DNA of 64,000 bases from Thermoanaerobaculia bacterium (lineage in GTDB: Bacteria > Acidobacteriota > Thermoanaerobaculia > UBA5066), in NCBI GenBank assembly GCA_963719225.1, contig CAVRAY010000001.1, positions 3,360,001-3,424,000 of the forward strand, given 5' to 3'. The notes beneath the pieces were generated by a model. That model saw only the letters and a program-made list of their open reading frames with translations. It ran no database searches and was not told the origin of the DNA. Made by a program: the position numbers and the translations under genes. Of this stretch, positions 1 to 11,418 are shown piece by piece. Every line of letters starts with the position of its first letter. Position 1 is the first letter of the stretch.

Positions 1-1146
1 GTTCCGGCCTACACGGACTCGTACGCGACGCCGCTCGCTCAGGACCCGTTCTCGGTCCCGATCGCCGAGAAGCTCGATCTCCTGCGCCGCGCGAGCGAGG
101 AGGCGAAGAAGGTGCCCGGCGTCTTTTCCACGAACGGCTTCGTCGCGCAGCGCGTCGAGTACCGGTTCTTCGCCTCGACCGAGGGGAGCGTTATCACGCA
201 GACGGTCTTCCAGATCTCCCCCGAGTTCTCCGCGACCGCCGTGGAGCGCGGGCGCAAGACGAAGACGCGCACGTACCGCCCGAACGCGTCGACGGCCGGT
301 TACGAGGTCGTCACGCGCGCGGACCTCGCCGGAAACGCGCGGCGCGTGGGCGAGGAGGTCGTCAACCACCTCAAGGCGCCGTCCGTGGCGCCGGGAAAGA
401 AAGACCTCGTCCTCCTCCCCACGCATCTCGCCCTCACGATCCACGAGTCGATCGGGCATTCGACCGAGCTCGACCGCGCGCTCGGCTTCGAGGCGAATTA
501 CGCGGGCACGTCGTTCCTCACGACGGACAAGCTCGGGACGTTCCGCGTCGGCGCGGACCTCGTGAATTTCAACGGCGACCGGATCCGCAAGGAGAGCCTG
601 TCGACGTGCGGCTAGGACGACGACGGCGTCAAGACGCGCCAGTTCCCGATCATCAGGAACGGGATCTTCGTCGGCTACCAGACGATCCGCGACCAGGCCC
701 ACCTGATCGGACAGAAGGAATCCATGGGCTGCTGCTACGCGGACTCCTACGCCTCGGTCCCATTCCAGCGCATGCCGAACGTCTGGCTCGAGCACGGCAA
801 GGACGGCGCGACACTCCAGGACCTCGTCTCGGGCGTCGACGACGGCGTCCTGATCGACGGCCGCGGGTCATACTCCATCGACCACCAGCGCTACAACTTC
901 CAGTTCGGCGGCGACGCGTTCTGGGAGATCAAGGGCGGGAAGGTCGGCGCGATGATCGCGGACGTCGCCTACCAGAGCCGGACGCCGGACTTCTGGCAGG
1001 CGTGCGACCGCATCGCGGGCGAGGCCGCGTGGGAGAACGTCGGACTGAACGCGGACGGCAAGGGCGAGCCAGGCCAGATCAACGCGATGAGCCACGGCTG
1101 CTCTCCGTCGCGGTTCCGGCAGATCAACGTCCTGAGGACGGAGTAG
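1..1146 (+). pseudogene. tldD: TldD-family metalloprotease, 5'-truncated by the window edge and interrupted by an in-frame TAG at 613-615 (nonsense allele or sequencing error)
   Basis: Frame 1 is open from base 1 (VPAYTDSYATP...) and has the HESIGH metal motif. It reads STCG*DDDGV and continues in the same frame through RMPN to GKGEPGQ...SHG. ORFs 112-615 and 724-1146 share this frame. Confidence 0.8.
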
Positions 1147-1150
1147 CGCG

Positions 1151-2515
1151 ATGAGCTGGACGAAACAGGACGCGAAGACGCTCGCCGACCGGATCCTCTC
1201 CTCCTCGAAGGCGAAAGAGTGCGAGGTCGCCCTCGCCGAGACGTCGCTCGTGCACACGCGGTTCGCCGCGAACGAGATCACGACCTCGGGCGCGGCGCGC
1301 GACCTTTCGGTCTCGATCACGAGCCGAGGCGGGGGAAAAAGCGGGAGCGTCCGCGTCAACGACCTCGATCCGGAGGCGCTCCGCAAGGCCGTGGCGCTGA
1401 GCGAGGAGCTCATGCGCGCCGCGACACCGGACCCGGAGTCCGTCGACGGCCTCGGGCCGCAGACGTACCCGGAGATCCGCTCGTTCCACGAGGACACGGC
1501 GCGCGCGGGCGCGGCCGAACACCGCCCCGGTATCAAGGCCGCTCTGGACGAAGCGCGCGCGCGAAAGCTGACCGCTTCGGGTTTCTCGGAGACGATCGTC
1601 ACGACCTCCGCGATCGCGAACAGGAAAGGCAACTTCGGATTCCACGTGGGGAGCACGGCGACGTATTCGACGACGATGCGCACGGCGGACGGCACGGGCT
1701 CCGGGTGGGCCGGATTCGACTCTCCCCGATTCGGGGACGTCAAAGCCGCCGATCTCGCGGCGCGCGCGGCGAAAAAGGCGCAGGCCAGCGCTTCGCCTAA
1801 GGAGCTGCCGCCCGGTGCGTACACGGTCATCCTCGAGCCGCGCGCCGTCGCGGACCTCCTCGGCAGCCTGTTCTTCTCGTTCTCCCGCCGGCTCGTCGAC
1901 GAGGGGCGGAGCTTCCTGTCCAAGCCGGGCGGTGGGAACCGGATCGGCGAGCGGGTCTTCGCGCCGAGCGTCACGCTGCGGTCGGACCCCTTCGACCCGA
2001 GGCTCGCGGGACGCCCGTGGATCGCGGGGAGCGGCGGCGGATTCCTCGGTTTCGGCGGCTTCGGGGGCGGCGGGACCGCGGGACTTCCGGCGAGGAAGAC
2101 GACGTGGGTCGAGAAGGGCGTCGTCAGGAACGTTCCCGTCGACCGTTACTGGGCCGCGAAGCAGAAGCTCGAGGCGCTTCCCAACTCGGGCAGTACGGTC
2201 CTGGAGGGCGGGTCGGGGTCCCTCGAAGGGCTCATCGCCGGAACGGAGCGCGGCCTTCTCGTGACGCACTTCTTCTACATCCGCTCCGTGAACCCGCAGA
2301 ACGTCCAGCTCACGGGTCTCACGCGCGACGGCCTGTGGCTCGTCGAGAAGGGCAAGGTCGTCGCTCCGGTCCGGAACTTCCGGTTCAACGACAGCCCCGT
2401 GAACGTCCTGAAGAACGTCGAGGCGATGAGCGCGTCCGTGCCGGTCGGAAGCATGATCGCGCCCGCGATCCGCGCCCGCGACTTCAAGTTCACGTCCAAG
2501 AGCGACGCGGTCTAG
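1151..2515 (+). CDS. TldE/PmbA-family protein, partner of TldD
   Basis: Contains TRFAANEIT, PGAYTVILEPRAV, TGLTRDG and NFRFNDSP motifs. It lacks HExxH and lies 4 nt after tldD. Confidence 0.85.
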   Translation: MSWTKQDAKTLADRILSSSKAKECEVALAETSLVHTRFAANEITTSGAARDLSVSITSRGGGKSGSVRVNDLDPEALRKAVALSEELMRAATPDPESVDGLGPQTYPEIRSFHEDTARAGAAEHRPGIKAALDEARARKLTASGFSETIVTTSAIANRKGNFGFHVGSTATYSTTMRTADGTGSGWAGFDSPRFGDVKAADLAARAAKKAQASASPKELPPGAYTVILEPRAVADLLGSLFFSFSRRLVDEGRSFLSKPGGGNRIGERVFAPSVTLRSDPFDPRLAGRPWIAGSGGGFLGFGGFGGGGTAGLPARKTTWVEKGVVRNVPVDRYWAAKQKLEALPNSGSTVLEGGSGSLEGLIAGTERGLLVTHFFYIRSVNPQNVQLTGLTRDGLWLVEKGKVVAPVRNFRFNDSPVNVLKNVEAMSASVPVGSMIAPAIRARDFKFTSKSDAV

Positions 2516-2540
2516 GACGGACGGCCCGGGAGCGATCGGC

Positions 2541-3230
2541 GTGGCGGACGAGATCGAGGTGGTCCTCTCCGTCGAGGTCCCCTTCCGCCTCCTCGCCGCC
2601 GGCGCGACGGAAGGTCCCGGACCTGCCCCGATCCTCATCGGCATGCACGGCTACGGGCAGGACGCCGGTTCGCTCCTCCCCGTCCTCCTCGGAGTCGCTC
2701 CGCCGGGGGCACTCGTCCTCTCTTTGGAAGGACCCGAGTCGGCTTATCTCGAGGGCACGAACACCTCCGAGCCGAAGCGCGGCTTCCACTGGGGCGTCTC
2801 GACGCGTCCGGACGACAACCGCGCCGTGCACCGCGCCTGCGTCGCCGCGGCGATCTCGTGGGCGAGCGCGCACGGGGGCGACGCGAAGCGCGTGCTTCTC
2901 TTCGGCTTCAGCCAGCCGTGCTCCTTCAACTATCGCCTCGCGCTCGCGCCGCCTCACGGTGTTCCGTTCCGTGCGATCGCGGGGATCTGCGGCGGGATTC
3001 CCGGGGAGTGGAAGGAGAACGATCCGGGCACGCCGGCTTCGCGCCAAACGGACGTCCTCCACGTCTCGACACGCGAGGACGAGATCTACACCGTCGAAAA
3101 GATCGCTCCTTACCGCGAGCGACTCGCGTCGCGATTCCGCTCGGCGGCGCACAGCCTTTACGAGGGCGGCCACCGCATCCCCTCCGCCTCCGCCGGCGAG
3201 GTCCGAGCGTTTCTCGCGGCCCGCGCGTGA
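2541..3230 (+). CDS. alpha/beta hydrolase (phospholipase/carboxylesterase-like)
   Basis: HGYGQ oxyanion motif, GFSQ nucleophile elbow, and C-terminal D and GGH catalytic residues. Confidence 0.75.
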   Translation: MADEIEVVLSVEVPFRLLAAGATEGPGPAPILIGMHGYGQDAGSLLPVLLGVAPPGALVLSLEGPESAYLEGTNTSEPKRGFHWGVSTRPDDNRAVHRACVAAAISWASAHGGDAKRVLLFGFSQPCSFNYRLALAPPHGVPFRAIAGICGGIPGEWKENDPGTPASRQTDVLHVSTREDEIYTVEKIAPYRERLASRFRSAAHSLYEGGHRIPSASAGEVRAFLAARA

Positions 3231-3319
3231 GGAGGCCGGAGTCCCGGAATGAAGCATCCGCACCGTCGCGAGCCCCTCCGGTGGCCGTCTACAATCGCAG
3301 GCTGCCTTTCGGAGGGCTC

Positions 3320-6133
3320 ATGAGCGACAGTTTCAAGACGAAAACCCGCCTCACCGCCGGCGGAAAGACCTATGACATCTTCAGCCTGAAAGCTTTCGAG
3401 AAGACGGTTCCCCAGGCCGCGCACCTCCCCTTCTCCCTCAGGATCCTTCTCGAGAACCTCCTCCGCAACGAGGACGGGCGCACGGTCACGAAGGAAGACG
3501 TCCTCGCGCTCGCGAACCGCGACGCGAAGGTCACATCCGAAAAGGAGATCGCCTTCACCCCCGCGCGGGTCCTCCTCCAGGACTTCACGGGCGTGCCCGC
3601 GGTCGTAGACCTCGCCGCGATGCGCGAGGCGCTCGTGTCGCTCGGCGGAAACGCGGAGAAGATCAACCCGCTCGCGCCGGCCGACCTCGTCATCGACCAC
3701 TCGGTGCAGGTGGACGAGTTCGCGAGCCCCGGAGCGTTCGCGACGAACGCGGGGCTCGAGTTCCAGCGCAACGAGGAGCGTTACGCCTTTCTCCGGTGGG
3801 GGCAGGGCGCGTTCCGAAACTTCCGCGTCGTGCCGCCCGACACCGGCATCTGCCACCAGGTGAACCTCGAGTACCTCGCGAGCGTCGTCTTCCGTTCCGA
3901 GAGCGGCCTCGCGTATCCCGATACGCTCGTCGGGACGGACAGCCACACGACGATGATCAACGGCCTCGGCGTCCTCGGGTGGGGCGTGGGCGGCATCGAG
4001 GCCGAGGCCGCTCTGCTGGGCCAGCCGCAGTCGATGCTCATTCCGGACGTCGTCGGCTTCCGCCTCCACGGCCAGCTTCCCTCCGGCGCCACCGCGACCG
4101 ACCTCGTCCTCACCGTCACGCAGATGCTCCGCAAGAAAGGCGTCGTCGGGAAGTTCGTGGAGTTCTACGGCCCCGGCATCTCCGCGCTCGCGCTGACGGA
4201 CCGCGCGACGATCGCGAACATGGCGCCCGAGTACGGCGCGACGATGGGCTTCTTTCCCGTGGACGAGGAGACCCTCTCGTATCTCAAATTCACGGGCCGG
4301 CCAGCCGACCTCGTGGCCCTCGTCGAGGCGTACACGAAAGAACAGGGCCTCTTCCGCACGGACGCCACGCCCGAGCCCGGATTCACGAGCACGATCGAGC
4401 TAGACCTCGCCACGGTCGAGCCCTCGCTCGCGGGCCCGCGGCGGCCGCAGGACCGGGTGCCGCTCAAGAACAGCAAGAGAATATTTCGGGAGAATTTGAA
4501 GATTTTCCTGGAAAAGGAATGCGCCAACGTCAGTCCAACAGTGATTGGACAGTGGCTTGCGGAAGGCGGCGATGGCGGCGTCACGGCCGCCAACGGAGCT
4601 GCCCCGGCCGCCCCCCCCGCCGCGGCCTCCCCCTCTTCCCTTTCTAAGCAGAATTCTCTTGGTGCTCTTTCCAGAACCGCACAAGTGAAGATCGGACAAA
4701 GCACCCATGAGCTCCCCCACGGAGCCGTCGTCATCGCGGCGATCACGTCGTGCACGAACACGTCGAACCCGTCCGTCATGCTCGGCGCGGGCCTTCTCGC
4801 GCAGAAGGCCGTCGCGAAGGGCCTCACGACGAAACCGTGGGTGAAGACGTCGCTCGCGCCCGGCTCGAAGGTCGTCACCGATTACCTGAAGGAAGCCGGG
4901 CTCACCCCCGCGCTCGACGCCCTCGGCTTCAACCTCGTGGGGTACGGCTGCACGACGTGCATCGGCAATTCGGGCCCGCTCCTGGAAGCGGTCTCGGAGG
5001 CGGTGCGCGCGGGCGACCTCGTCGCGGCGGCCGTGCTTTCGGGAAACCGCAATTTCGAAGGGCGCATCAACCCGCAGGTCAAGATGAACTATCTCGCGTC
5101 GCCGCCCCTCGTCGTGGCTTACGCGCTCGCGGGAAGGATGGACATCGACCTCATGAAGGAGCCGCTCGGAACCGGAAAGGACGGCAAGCCCGTCTTCCTG
5201 TCGGACATCTGGCCGTCACCCGAGGAGGTTCGGGCCACGTTGGCTAAGGCCGTGAGGCCCGAGCAGTTCAAGAAGGCCTATGGCGAAGTCTTCGACGGTG
5301 ACGCGCGCTGGCACGGTCTCGAGGTGCCCAAGGGCCGGACGTACCAGTGGGACGCGGCCTCGACGTACGTGAGGAAGCCGCCGTTCTTCGAGGACATTCC
5401 GAAAGCCCCGGGCGCCCTCCAGGACATTCACGGCGCTCGCGCTCTCGCCGTTCTCGGCGATTCGGTCACGACGGACCACATCTCGCCCGCCGGCTCGATC
5501 GCCAAGGCCTCGCCCGCCGCGCGGTACCTCACGGACCACAAGGTCGATCCGAAGGATTTCAACTCCTATGGCTCCCGCCGCGGGAACCACGAAGTGATGA
5601 TGCGCGGCACGTTCGGGAATATCCGCCTGAGAAACCTGCTCGTCCCCGGGAGCGAGGGGAACGTGACGATGCATCTCGGCAGCGGAGAGCAGATGCCTAT
5701 CTACGACGCGTCGATGAAGTACCAGGCCGAGAAGACCCCGCTCGTCGTCCTCGCCGGCGCGGAATACGGCACGGGCTCGTCACGCGACTGGGCCGCGAAG
5801 GGCACGATGCTCCTCGGCGTCAAGGCCGTCGTCGCGAAGAGCTTCGAGCGCATCCATCGCGCGAACCTCGCGGGCATGGGCGTCCTCCCGCTGCAGTTCG
5901 AGGCGGGCGAGGACGTGAACACGCTCGGCCTCACCGGGCGCGAGACGTTCGAGATCGCGGGCATCGCCGAAGGGCTCAAGCCCCGCAAGAAGGCCACGGT
6001 CACGGCCACCTCCGAGGACGGGAAGAAGAAGACGTTCACCGTCACGGTGCGCCTCGACACGCCGAACGAGGTCGACTACTACCGCCACGGAGGCATCCTG
6101 ACGTACGTCCTGAGACAGCTCGCGGCGGCCTAG
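3320..6133 (+). CDS. acnA: Aconitate hydratase A
   Basis: Motifs [42 protein letters not shown] and [13 protein letters not shown] at 3320 follows GGAGG; the ORF-track start at 2858 is too far upstream. Confidence 0.97.
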   Translation: MSDSFKTKTRLTAGGKTYDIFSLKAFEKTVPQAAHLPFSLRILLENLLRNEDGRTVTKEDVLALANRDAKVTSEKEIAFTPARVLLQDFTGVPAVVDLAAMREALVSLGGNAEKINPLAPADLVIDHSVQVDEFASPGAFATNAGLEFQRNEERYAFLRWGQGAFRNFRVVPPDTGICHQVNLEYLASVVFRSESGLAYPDTLVGTDSHTTMINGLGVLGWGVGGIEAEAALLGQPQSMLIPDVVGFRLHGQLPSGATATDLVLTVTQMLRKKGVVGKFVEFYGPGISALALTDRATIANMAPEYGATMGFFPVDEETLSYLKFTGRPADLVALVEAYTKEQGLFRTDATPEPGFTSTIELDLATVEPSLAGPRRPQDRVPLKNSKRIFRENLKIFLEKECANVSPTVIGQWLAEGGDGGVTAANGAAPAAPPAAASPSSLSKQNSLGALSRTAQVKIGQSTHELPHGAVVIAAITSCTNTSNPSVMLGAGLLAQKAVAKGLTTKPWVKTSLAPGSKVVTDYLKEAGLTPALDALGFNLVGYGCTTCIGNSGPLLEAVSEAVRAGDLVAAAVLSGNRNFEGRINPQVKMNYLASPPLVVAYALAGRMDIDLMKEPLGTGKDGKPVFLSDIWPSPEEVRATLAKAVRPEQFKKAYGEVFDGDARWHGLEVPKGRTYQWDAASTYVRKPPFFEDIPKAPGALQDIHGARALAVLGDSVTTDHISPAGSIAKASPAARYLTDHKVDPKDFNSYGSRRGNHEVMMRGTFGNIRLRNLLVPGSEGNVTMHLGSGEQMPIYDASMKYQAEKTPLVVLAGAEYGTGSSRDWAAKGTMLLGVKAVVAKSFERIHRANLAGMGVLPLQFEAGEDVNTLGLTGRETFEIAGIAEGLKPRKKATVTATSEDGKKKTFTVTVRLDTPNEVDYYRHGGILTYVLRQLAAA

Positions 6134-6612
6134 TCGAGACGCGCTTCCATGAAGCGCGTTCCCTCGATCGGATGGTCGTTGTACGGAGGGATGTCGACGA
6201 ACCCGAGCGAGACGTAGAGAGCCTGCGCCTCGCGCATCGAAGGCAGGGTGTCGAGGCGGATCGCGCGGTAGCCCGCCGCCCGGGCTTCGGAGAGGACGGC
6301 CTCCGCCAGGCGCCGTCCCAGGCGCATGCCGCGAAAGCCGGGGCGTACCCAGAGCCTCTTCATCTCGCAGATCCCGTCTTCCAGCTTCCGGAGCGCGACG
6401 CATCCGGCGGGCTCGTCGCCCGAGAAGGCCAGGAGCAGCCGCCCCTCGGGCGCCGCGTACGCGCCCGGCAGCGAGGCGACCTCCTCGTCGAAATTCTGGA
6501 AGCAGAGCGAAATCCCGAGCGCCTTCTCGTATTCGATGAACAGCCCGCGCACCGTCTCCACGTCCGCGAAGGAAGTCGCCTGCCGAAACGAGAGCGATGC
6601 GGGGGTTGCCAC
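6130..6612 (-). CDS. GNAT family N-acetyltransferase
   Basis: [21 protein letters not shown] acetyl-CoA motif and LDTLPSM...LYVSLGF. Confidence 0.9.
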   Translation of the reverse strand: MATPASLSFRQATSFADVETVRGLFIEYEKALGISLCFQNFDEEVASLPGAYAAPEGRLLLAFSGDEPAGCVALRKLEDGICEMKRLWVRPGFRGMRLGRRLAEAVLSEARAAGYRAIRLDTLPSMREAQALYVSLGFVDIPPYNDHPIEGTRFMEARLD

Positions 6613-6621
6613 GGCGCCGAG

Positions 6622-6993
6622 CTACGGGGCCTTCCGCTGCAGGGTGCCGCTCTTGCCGTACTGCAGCTTTCCGCGCGTCCAGACGTTGACGTCATAGGTC
6701 CCGCCGGCACAGTCGGCCCCGGCTCTCAACGTGATCTCGATCTTGCGGTTCGATTCCGAGCTCGAAACGTTCGCCTGCTCGCCCGCATTCACGGCGAGGT
6801 TCGGCGCCGCGAGGACCTGGTTCGATTCGGGGTCGCGAATCTCGACGCTGACGAAGCACGCTCCGCCCTGCTTGGAGGGCTTGTCGATCGTTGCCACGAC
6901 TTTCGGCTCGGGCGTCGGCGGCGACTCCGCTGCGAGCGCAAACGCGCCGAGCGCGAATCCGAGAAGGAGGGCGATGACCCGCGATCCGCTCAT
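6622..6993 (-). CDS. Hypothetical secreted protein
   Basis: N-terminal signal peptide, two Cys, host-like codon usage, and a TAGAAT box 7 nt upstream. Confidence 0.65.
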   Translation of the reverse strand: MSGSRVIALLLGFALGAFALAAESPPTPEPKVVATIDKPSKQGGACFVSVEIRDPESNQVLAAPNLAVNAGEQANVSSSESNRKIEITLRAGADCAGGTYDVNVWTRGKLQYGKSGTLQRKAP

Positions 6994-7043
6994 GCCAGCG
7001 ATTCTATAAAGACCCCCGAATCGTGAGGTAATCTCCGCGTCAC

Positions 7044-9278
7044 GTGTCCAGTCAAGCGGATCCCCTGATCGGGAAAGGCGTTTCCCATTACACGGTCGTG
7101 CGCCGGCTCGGGAGCGGCGGGATGGGCGTCGTGTACGAAGCGGAGGACTCGCGCCTCGGCCGCCGCGTCGCGCTGAAGTTCCTGCCGCCGGAGCTCGCCC
7201 AGGACACGCCGTCGCTCGAGCGCTTCCAGCGCGAGGCGCGTGCGGCCTCCGCGCTGAACCATCAAGGCATCTGCACCGTATTCGCGATCGAGGAGCACGA
7301 GCGTCAGCACTTCATCGTCATGGAGCTCCTCGAAGGCCAGACGCTCGCACAGATGATGACCGGACGCCCGCCCTTCGACCTCGAGAACCTGCTCGCCATC
7401 GGCATCCAGATCGCCGACGCCCTCGAATCGGCGCATGCCCGGGGCATCGTGCACCGCGACGTCAAGCCCGCAAACATCTTCGTGAACGCGCGCGGCCAGG
7501 TGAAGATCCTGGACTTCGGCCTCGCGCGGATCGAGGGAGCGCGCCGGAGCAGCGACGGGGCCGTCTCCCTCCTCGAGACCGTGGGAGCCCAGCACGACCT
7601 CACGACGCCCGGCACATCGATGGGAACGGTGTCGTACATGTCCCCCGAGCAGGCGCGCGGGCAGCTCGCGGACGCACGCACGGACCTCTTCTCGCTCGGC
7701 ACGGTCCTCTATCAGATGGCGACCGGGACGCTGCCCTTCCCGGGCGAGACCTCCGCGGTCATCTTCGACGCGATCCTGAACCGGGACCCGCTTCCGGCCG
7801 CGCAGTTGAATCCCACGCTGCCGCCCGAGCTCGCGCGCATCCTCGACAAGGCGCTCGAGAAGGACCGCAACCTGCGCTACCAGACGGCCACGGACCTGAA
7901 GACCGATCTCACGCGCCTGAAGCGCGACATGGACTCGGGCAAGAAGCGCGCGGCTGAAAAGAGCGACTCGCGCGGGGGCGGAACCCGGCAGGCCGAGAAG
8001 TCGATCGCCGTTCTCTACTTCGAGAACCTCTCCGGCGTGAAGGAGGACGAGTATTTCCGCGACGGCATCACCGAGGACATCATCACGGAGCTCTCGAAGA
8101 TCAAGGGCCTGAACATCTTCTCGCGCCCCACGGTTCTCGCCTATCGCGACAAGCAGGTGACGCCCGCGCAGATCGGGCAGCAGCTCAACGCGGCCTATGT
8201 CCTCGCGGGGAGCCTGCGCCGGGCCGGCAACCGGCTGCGGATCAACGCGCAGCTCGTCGACACGCACACCGACTTCCCTCTCTGGTCGGAGCGCTACGAC
8301 CGCGAGATGGCGGACGTGTTCGAGGTGCAGGACGAGATCGCGCGCAAGATCGCGGAGGCCCTCCGCATCACTCTTTCGCCGCAGGAGGTGGCGGCCCTCG
8401 CCGCCAGGCCGACCGAGAACCTCCAGGCGTACGACCTGTACCTCCGCGGGAAGAGCTACGCAAGGCGCCTCACGCGGCAGGACTTCGAGTTCGCCCTCCA
8501 GATGTTCGAGAACGCCGTCGCGCTGGATCCGAATTTCGCCCTGGCCCACGCCGCCATCGCGAACGTCTGCGCGCAGACCCATTACAACTACGGACGCGAC
8601 CCCGTCTGGCTGGAACGCGCCAAGGCGGCCTCCCGCAAGGCCGTCGCTCTGAGTCCGCAGCTCCCGGAGCCGCTCGTCGCGCAGGCCTGGATCCTGTATG
8701 CCGACGGCCAGTACGACGAGGCCGCAGGCTGTGTGCGGCAGGCCATCGAGCGCAAGAGCGACTGCGAGGGAGCGTATTACCTCCTCGGCCGCGCACTCTT
8801 TGCAGCCGGGCGCTATCAGGACCTCGCGAACGTGACGGACGCGGCCATGGAAGCGAGCGGTCAGGACTACAACATCTACGTTCCGATCGAGAACGCCCTC
8901 GGCGCGCTCGGGAAGGACGAGACGCTCCGGAACGTCCGCCAGCGCCAGATCCTGGCGCTGGAGAATCACCTGAGGTCGGTCCCCGAGGACGCGCGCGCGC
9001 GCGTCCTCCTCGCGAATGGCTACGCGGCGACGGGCCGGCGGGAAGACGCCGTTCGCGAGGCTAACCTCGCGGTCGCCCTGCGCCCGAACGAGGCCACCGT
9101 TCTCTACAACGCGGCCTGCGTTTTTTGTGGCCTCGAGGACAAGGCGCAGGCTCTGGAAGCGCTCCGAAAATGCTGGAACGCCGGTTTCAAGGACTCGGAC
9201 TGGGCCCGCCGTGACCCCGACCTCGCCCTCCTGCACGGCGACCCCGAGTTCGAGCAGCTCTACCCCGAGCGCCCGTAG
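7044..9278 (+). CDS. Hanks-type Ser/Thr protein kinase with TolB-like and TPR domains
   Basis: GSGGMG, VALK, HRDVKPAN, DFGLA and YMSPEQ kinase motifs; SIAVLYFENLS TolB-like module; C-terminal TPRs. Confidence 0.95.
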   Translation: MSSQADPLIGKGVSHYTVVRRLGSGGMGVVYEAEDSRLGRRVALKFLPPELAQDTPSLERFQREARAASALNHQGICTVFAIEEHERQHFIVMELLEGQTLAQMMTGRPPFDLENLLAIGIQIADALESAHARGIVHRDVKPANIFVNARGQVKILDFGLARIEGARRSSDGAVSLLETVGAQHDLTTPGTSMGTVSYMSPEQARGQLADARTDLFSLGTVLYQMATGTLPFPGETSAVIFDAILNRDPLPAAQLNPTLPPELARILDKALEKDRNLRYQTATDLKTDLTRLKRDMDSGKKRAAEKSDSRGGGTRQAEKSIAVLYFENLSGVKEDEYFRDGITEDIITELSKIKGLNIFSRPTVLAYRDKQVTPAQIGQQLNAAYVLAGSLRRAGNRLRINAQLVDTHTDFPLWSERYDREMADVFEVQDEIARKIAEALRITLSPQEVAALAARPTENLQAYDLYLRGKSYARRLTRQDFEFALQMFENAVALDPNFALAHAAIANVCAQTHYNYGRDPVWLERAKAASRKAVALSPQLPEPLVAQAWILYADGQYDEAAGCVRQAIERKSDCEGAYYLLGRALFAAGRYQDLANVTDAAMEASGQDYNIYVPIENALGALGKDETLRNVRQRQILALENHLRSVPEDARARVLLANGYAATGRREDAVREANLAVALRPNEATVLYNAACVFCGLEDKAQALEALRKCWNAGFKDSDWARRDPDLALLHGDPEFEQLYPERP

Positions 9279-9314
9279 AGTGCGTCTCACGATCAACGGT
9301 AAGATCCGCCCAGC

Positions 9315-11408
9315 TTGAGCGCGCGCGCGGCACAGTGTCCGAACTGCGGGGGCCAGGTCCGGTTCCAGACCGGGGCCTCGCTCGTCTCGATCTGTCCGCA
9401 GTGCAAGTCCGCCGTCGCGCGCAAGGGCGCGGACCTGGAGGCCATCGGCACGGTCGCGGAGCTCGTCCCGACGTCCTCCCCGTTCAAGGTCGGGATGGAC
9501 GCGCGGCCCGGGAAGGGCACGCGCCCGTTCCACATCGCGGGGCGCCTCCAGCTCTCGACCGGCGAGGGGACGTGGGACGAGTGGTACGTGGGCTTCAACG
9601 ACGGAACCTGGGGATGGCTCGCGGAAGCGCAGGGCGGCTTCTGGCTCATGACGCCCGTCAAGCCGCCCGAGGTGCCGGCGTACGAGCGCCTCCAGCCCGG
9701 CGAGACGCTGGACCTCGGCACGTACGGCACCTTCGCCGTCGTCGAGGTGCGGGAAGCCACGTACGCGTCCGCCCAGGGCGAGCTGCCGTTCGCGGCCCCG
9801 CCGGGCTCCGTCTTCCGCTACGCCGACCTTTCCGGAGCCGACGGCAGTCTCGCGACGCTCGACTACGGCGACGATCCCGGGCTCGACGGGTTCTACGTGG
9901 GCAGGCCGGTTGCGCTCGCGAGCCTCGGCATCGCGGAGCTCGTCGAATGGTCCGATCGCACGGTCAGCGTCAAGGCCCTCGCGCTGAACTGTCCGAACTG
10001 CGGCGGCGCCCTCCAGCTCAAGGACCCCGCGAACACGGTGCGCATCGCGTGCCCGTTCTGCGGCTCGCTGCTCGGCGCCGCGGAAGGGAAGGAGCAGGGC
10101 CCGCCCTCCAAGTTCGCCGTCCTCGAGAAGCTCGCGGCCGTCCCGTTCAAGCCGGTCCTCAAGGTCGGGTCCGAGGGCAACCTCCGCGGCCACAAGTACG
10201 CGATCCTCGGCGCGGTCCTGAAGACGACCTCCTCGGACGGCGAGGATTACTTCTGGACGGAGTACCTCCTGAAAGAGGAGAAGTCCGAGGCCTACCACTG
10301 GCTCGCGGAGTCGACCGGCCACTACACGTTGCTCGAGCCCGTGCCCGCGGGCGAGGTCACGGACGGGCCGCGCGTCGCCGTCTTCCGCGGGAATTCCTAC
10401 CGCATCTTCTCGCGCAGCGAGGCGCGCGTCGCCGGAGTCCTCGGCGAGTTCTACTGGACCATCCGGATCGGCGAGACCACTCAGGCCACGGACTTCATCA
10501 AGCCGCCGCGCATGCTCTCGAAGGAGAAGGCGAAAAAAGAGATCGCGTGGACCGAGGGAGCGTACGTCCCTCCCGACGAGATCGCCGCCGGCTTCGCGCT
10601 GAAGGAGCCGCTCCCGCCGCCTGAAGGAGTGGGCGCCTGCCAGCCGTGGCCGCACGCGGAGACGAACCGCCTCTGGTGGAAAACGGCTTGGCTCCTGTCG
10701 CTCGCCTCGATCGTCGTCTTCTTCCTCGCGAAGCTGTTCACGCCACACGCCGTCGTCTACGACCAGACGTTCGACCTCACCGATCCGCAGCGGGTGATCT
10801 ATACCGCGCGCGGCGGCGGTCCGAGCTCCGCTTCGGCCGACTGGTCGCAAACCAGCGCGACCCCGAGCCCGGGCGCGGTCCCGGCGAACCCGGCGGCGGC
10901 GCGGGCGGCCGCCGAAGCCGCGGCTTCCGCCGCGCGCGTCCTCCTCTCGGAGCCGTTCGAGACGAAGCGCGGCGCCAATCTCGCGGTGGACCTCTGGGCA
11001 CCCACGAACAACACCTGGGTCCAGGTCGGTTTCGATCTCATCTCCGAAGCCACCGGGGAGGTCCGTTCCTTCGACCTGATTTCGGACAAGTATTCGGGCG
11101 TCGACGGGGGCGAGAGCTGGAGCGAGGGCAGCCAGAACCGTCGCATCTTCGTGCCGCGCATTCCCGCCGGGCGCTGGGTCTTGCGTCTCGAGCCCGAGTC
11201 CGAGCCCGGGAAGGCGCCGCCCTCGTTCCGCGTGAGGCTCACGAGCGGCGTCCCCCACGTTTCGCATCTCGTGTGGGTGATCGTCCTGCTCTTCGTCGTT
11301 CCGACGCTCCTCGCGTTCCGGAGGATCACGTTCGAGGGCCGGCGTTGGGCCGGGAGCGACTTCACGAGCGCCGGCGGGGAACGCGAATCGGACGATTCGG
11401 ACGAATGA
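9315..11408 (+). CDS. Zn-ribbon + tandem DUF4178-like domain membrane protein
   Basis: Two CPNCGG...CPxC ribbons, each followed by a W-x-E-W/Y...WLAE module, plus two C-terminal TM segments. The context is typical of DUF4178 loci. Confidence 0.75.
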   Translation: MSARAAQCPNCGGQVRFQTGASLVSICPQCKSAVARKGADLEAIGTVAELVPTSSPFKVGMDARPGKGTRPFHIAGRLQLSTGEGTWDEWYVGFNDGTWGWLAEAQGGFWLMTPVKPPEVPAYERLQPGETLDLGTYGTFAVVEVREATYASAQGELPFAAPPGSVFRYADLSGADGSLATLDYGDDPGLDGFYVGRPVALASLGIAELVEWSDRTVSVKALALNCPNCGGALQLKDPANTVRIACPFCGSLLGAAEGKEQGPPSKFAVLEKLAAVPFKPVLKVGSEGNLRGHKYAILGAVLKTTSSDGEDYFWTEYLLKEEKSEAYHWLAESTGHYTLLEPVPAGEVTDGPRVAVFRGNSYRIFSRSEARVAGVLGEFYWTIRIGETTQATDFIKPPRMLSKEKAKKEIAWTEGAYVPPDEIAAGFALKEPLPPPEGVGACQPWPHAETNRLWWKTAWLLSLASIVVFFLAKLFTPHAVVYDQTFDLTDPQRVIYTARGGGPSSASADWSQTSATPSPGAVPANPAAARAAAEAAASAARVLLSEPFETKRGANLAVDLWAPTNNTWVQVGFDLISEATGEVRSFDLISDKYSGVDGGESWSEGSQNRRIFVPRIPAGRWVLRLEPESEPGKAPPSFRVRLTSGVPHVSHLVWVIVLLFVVPTLLAFRRITFEGRRWAGSDFTSAGGERESDDSDE

Positions 11409-11418
11409 AGGAGGCCCG

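Noticed and set aside
613-615. Genome-wide TAG reassignment or pyrrolysine
   Set aside because: TAG is the normal stop of many genes in this window, no other gene is interrupted, and no pyl genes are seen.
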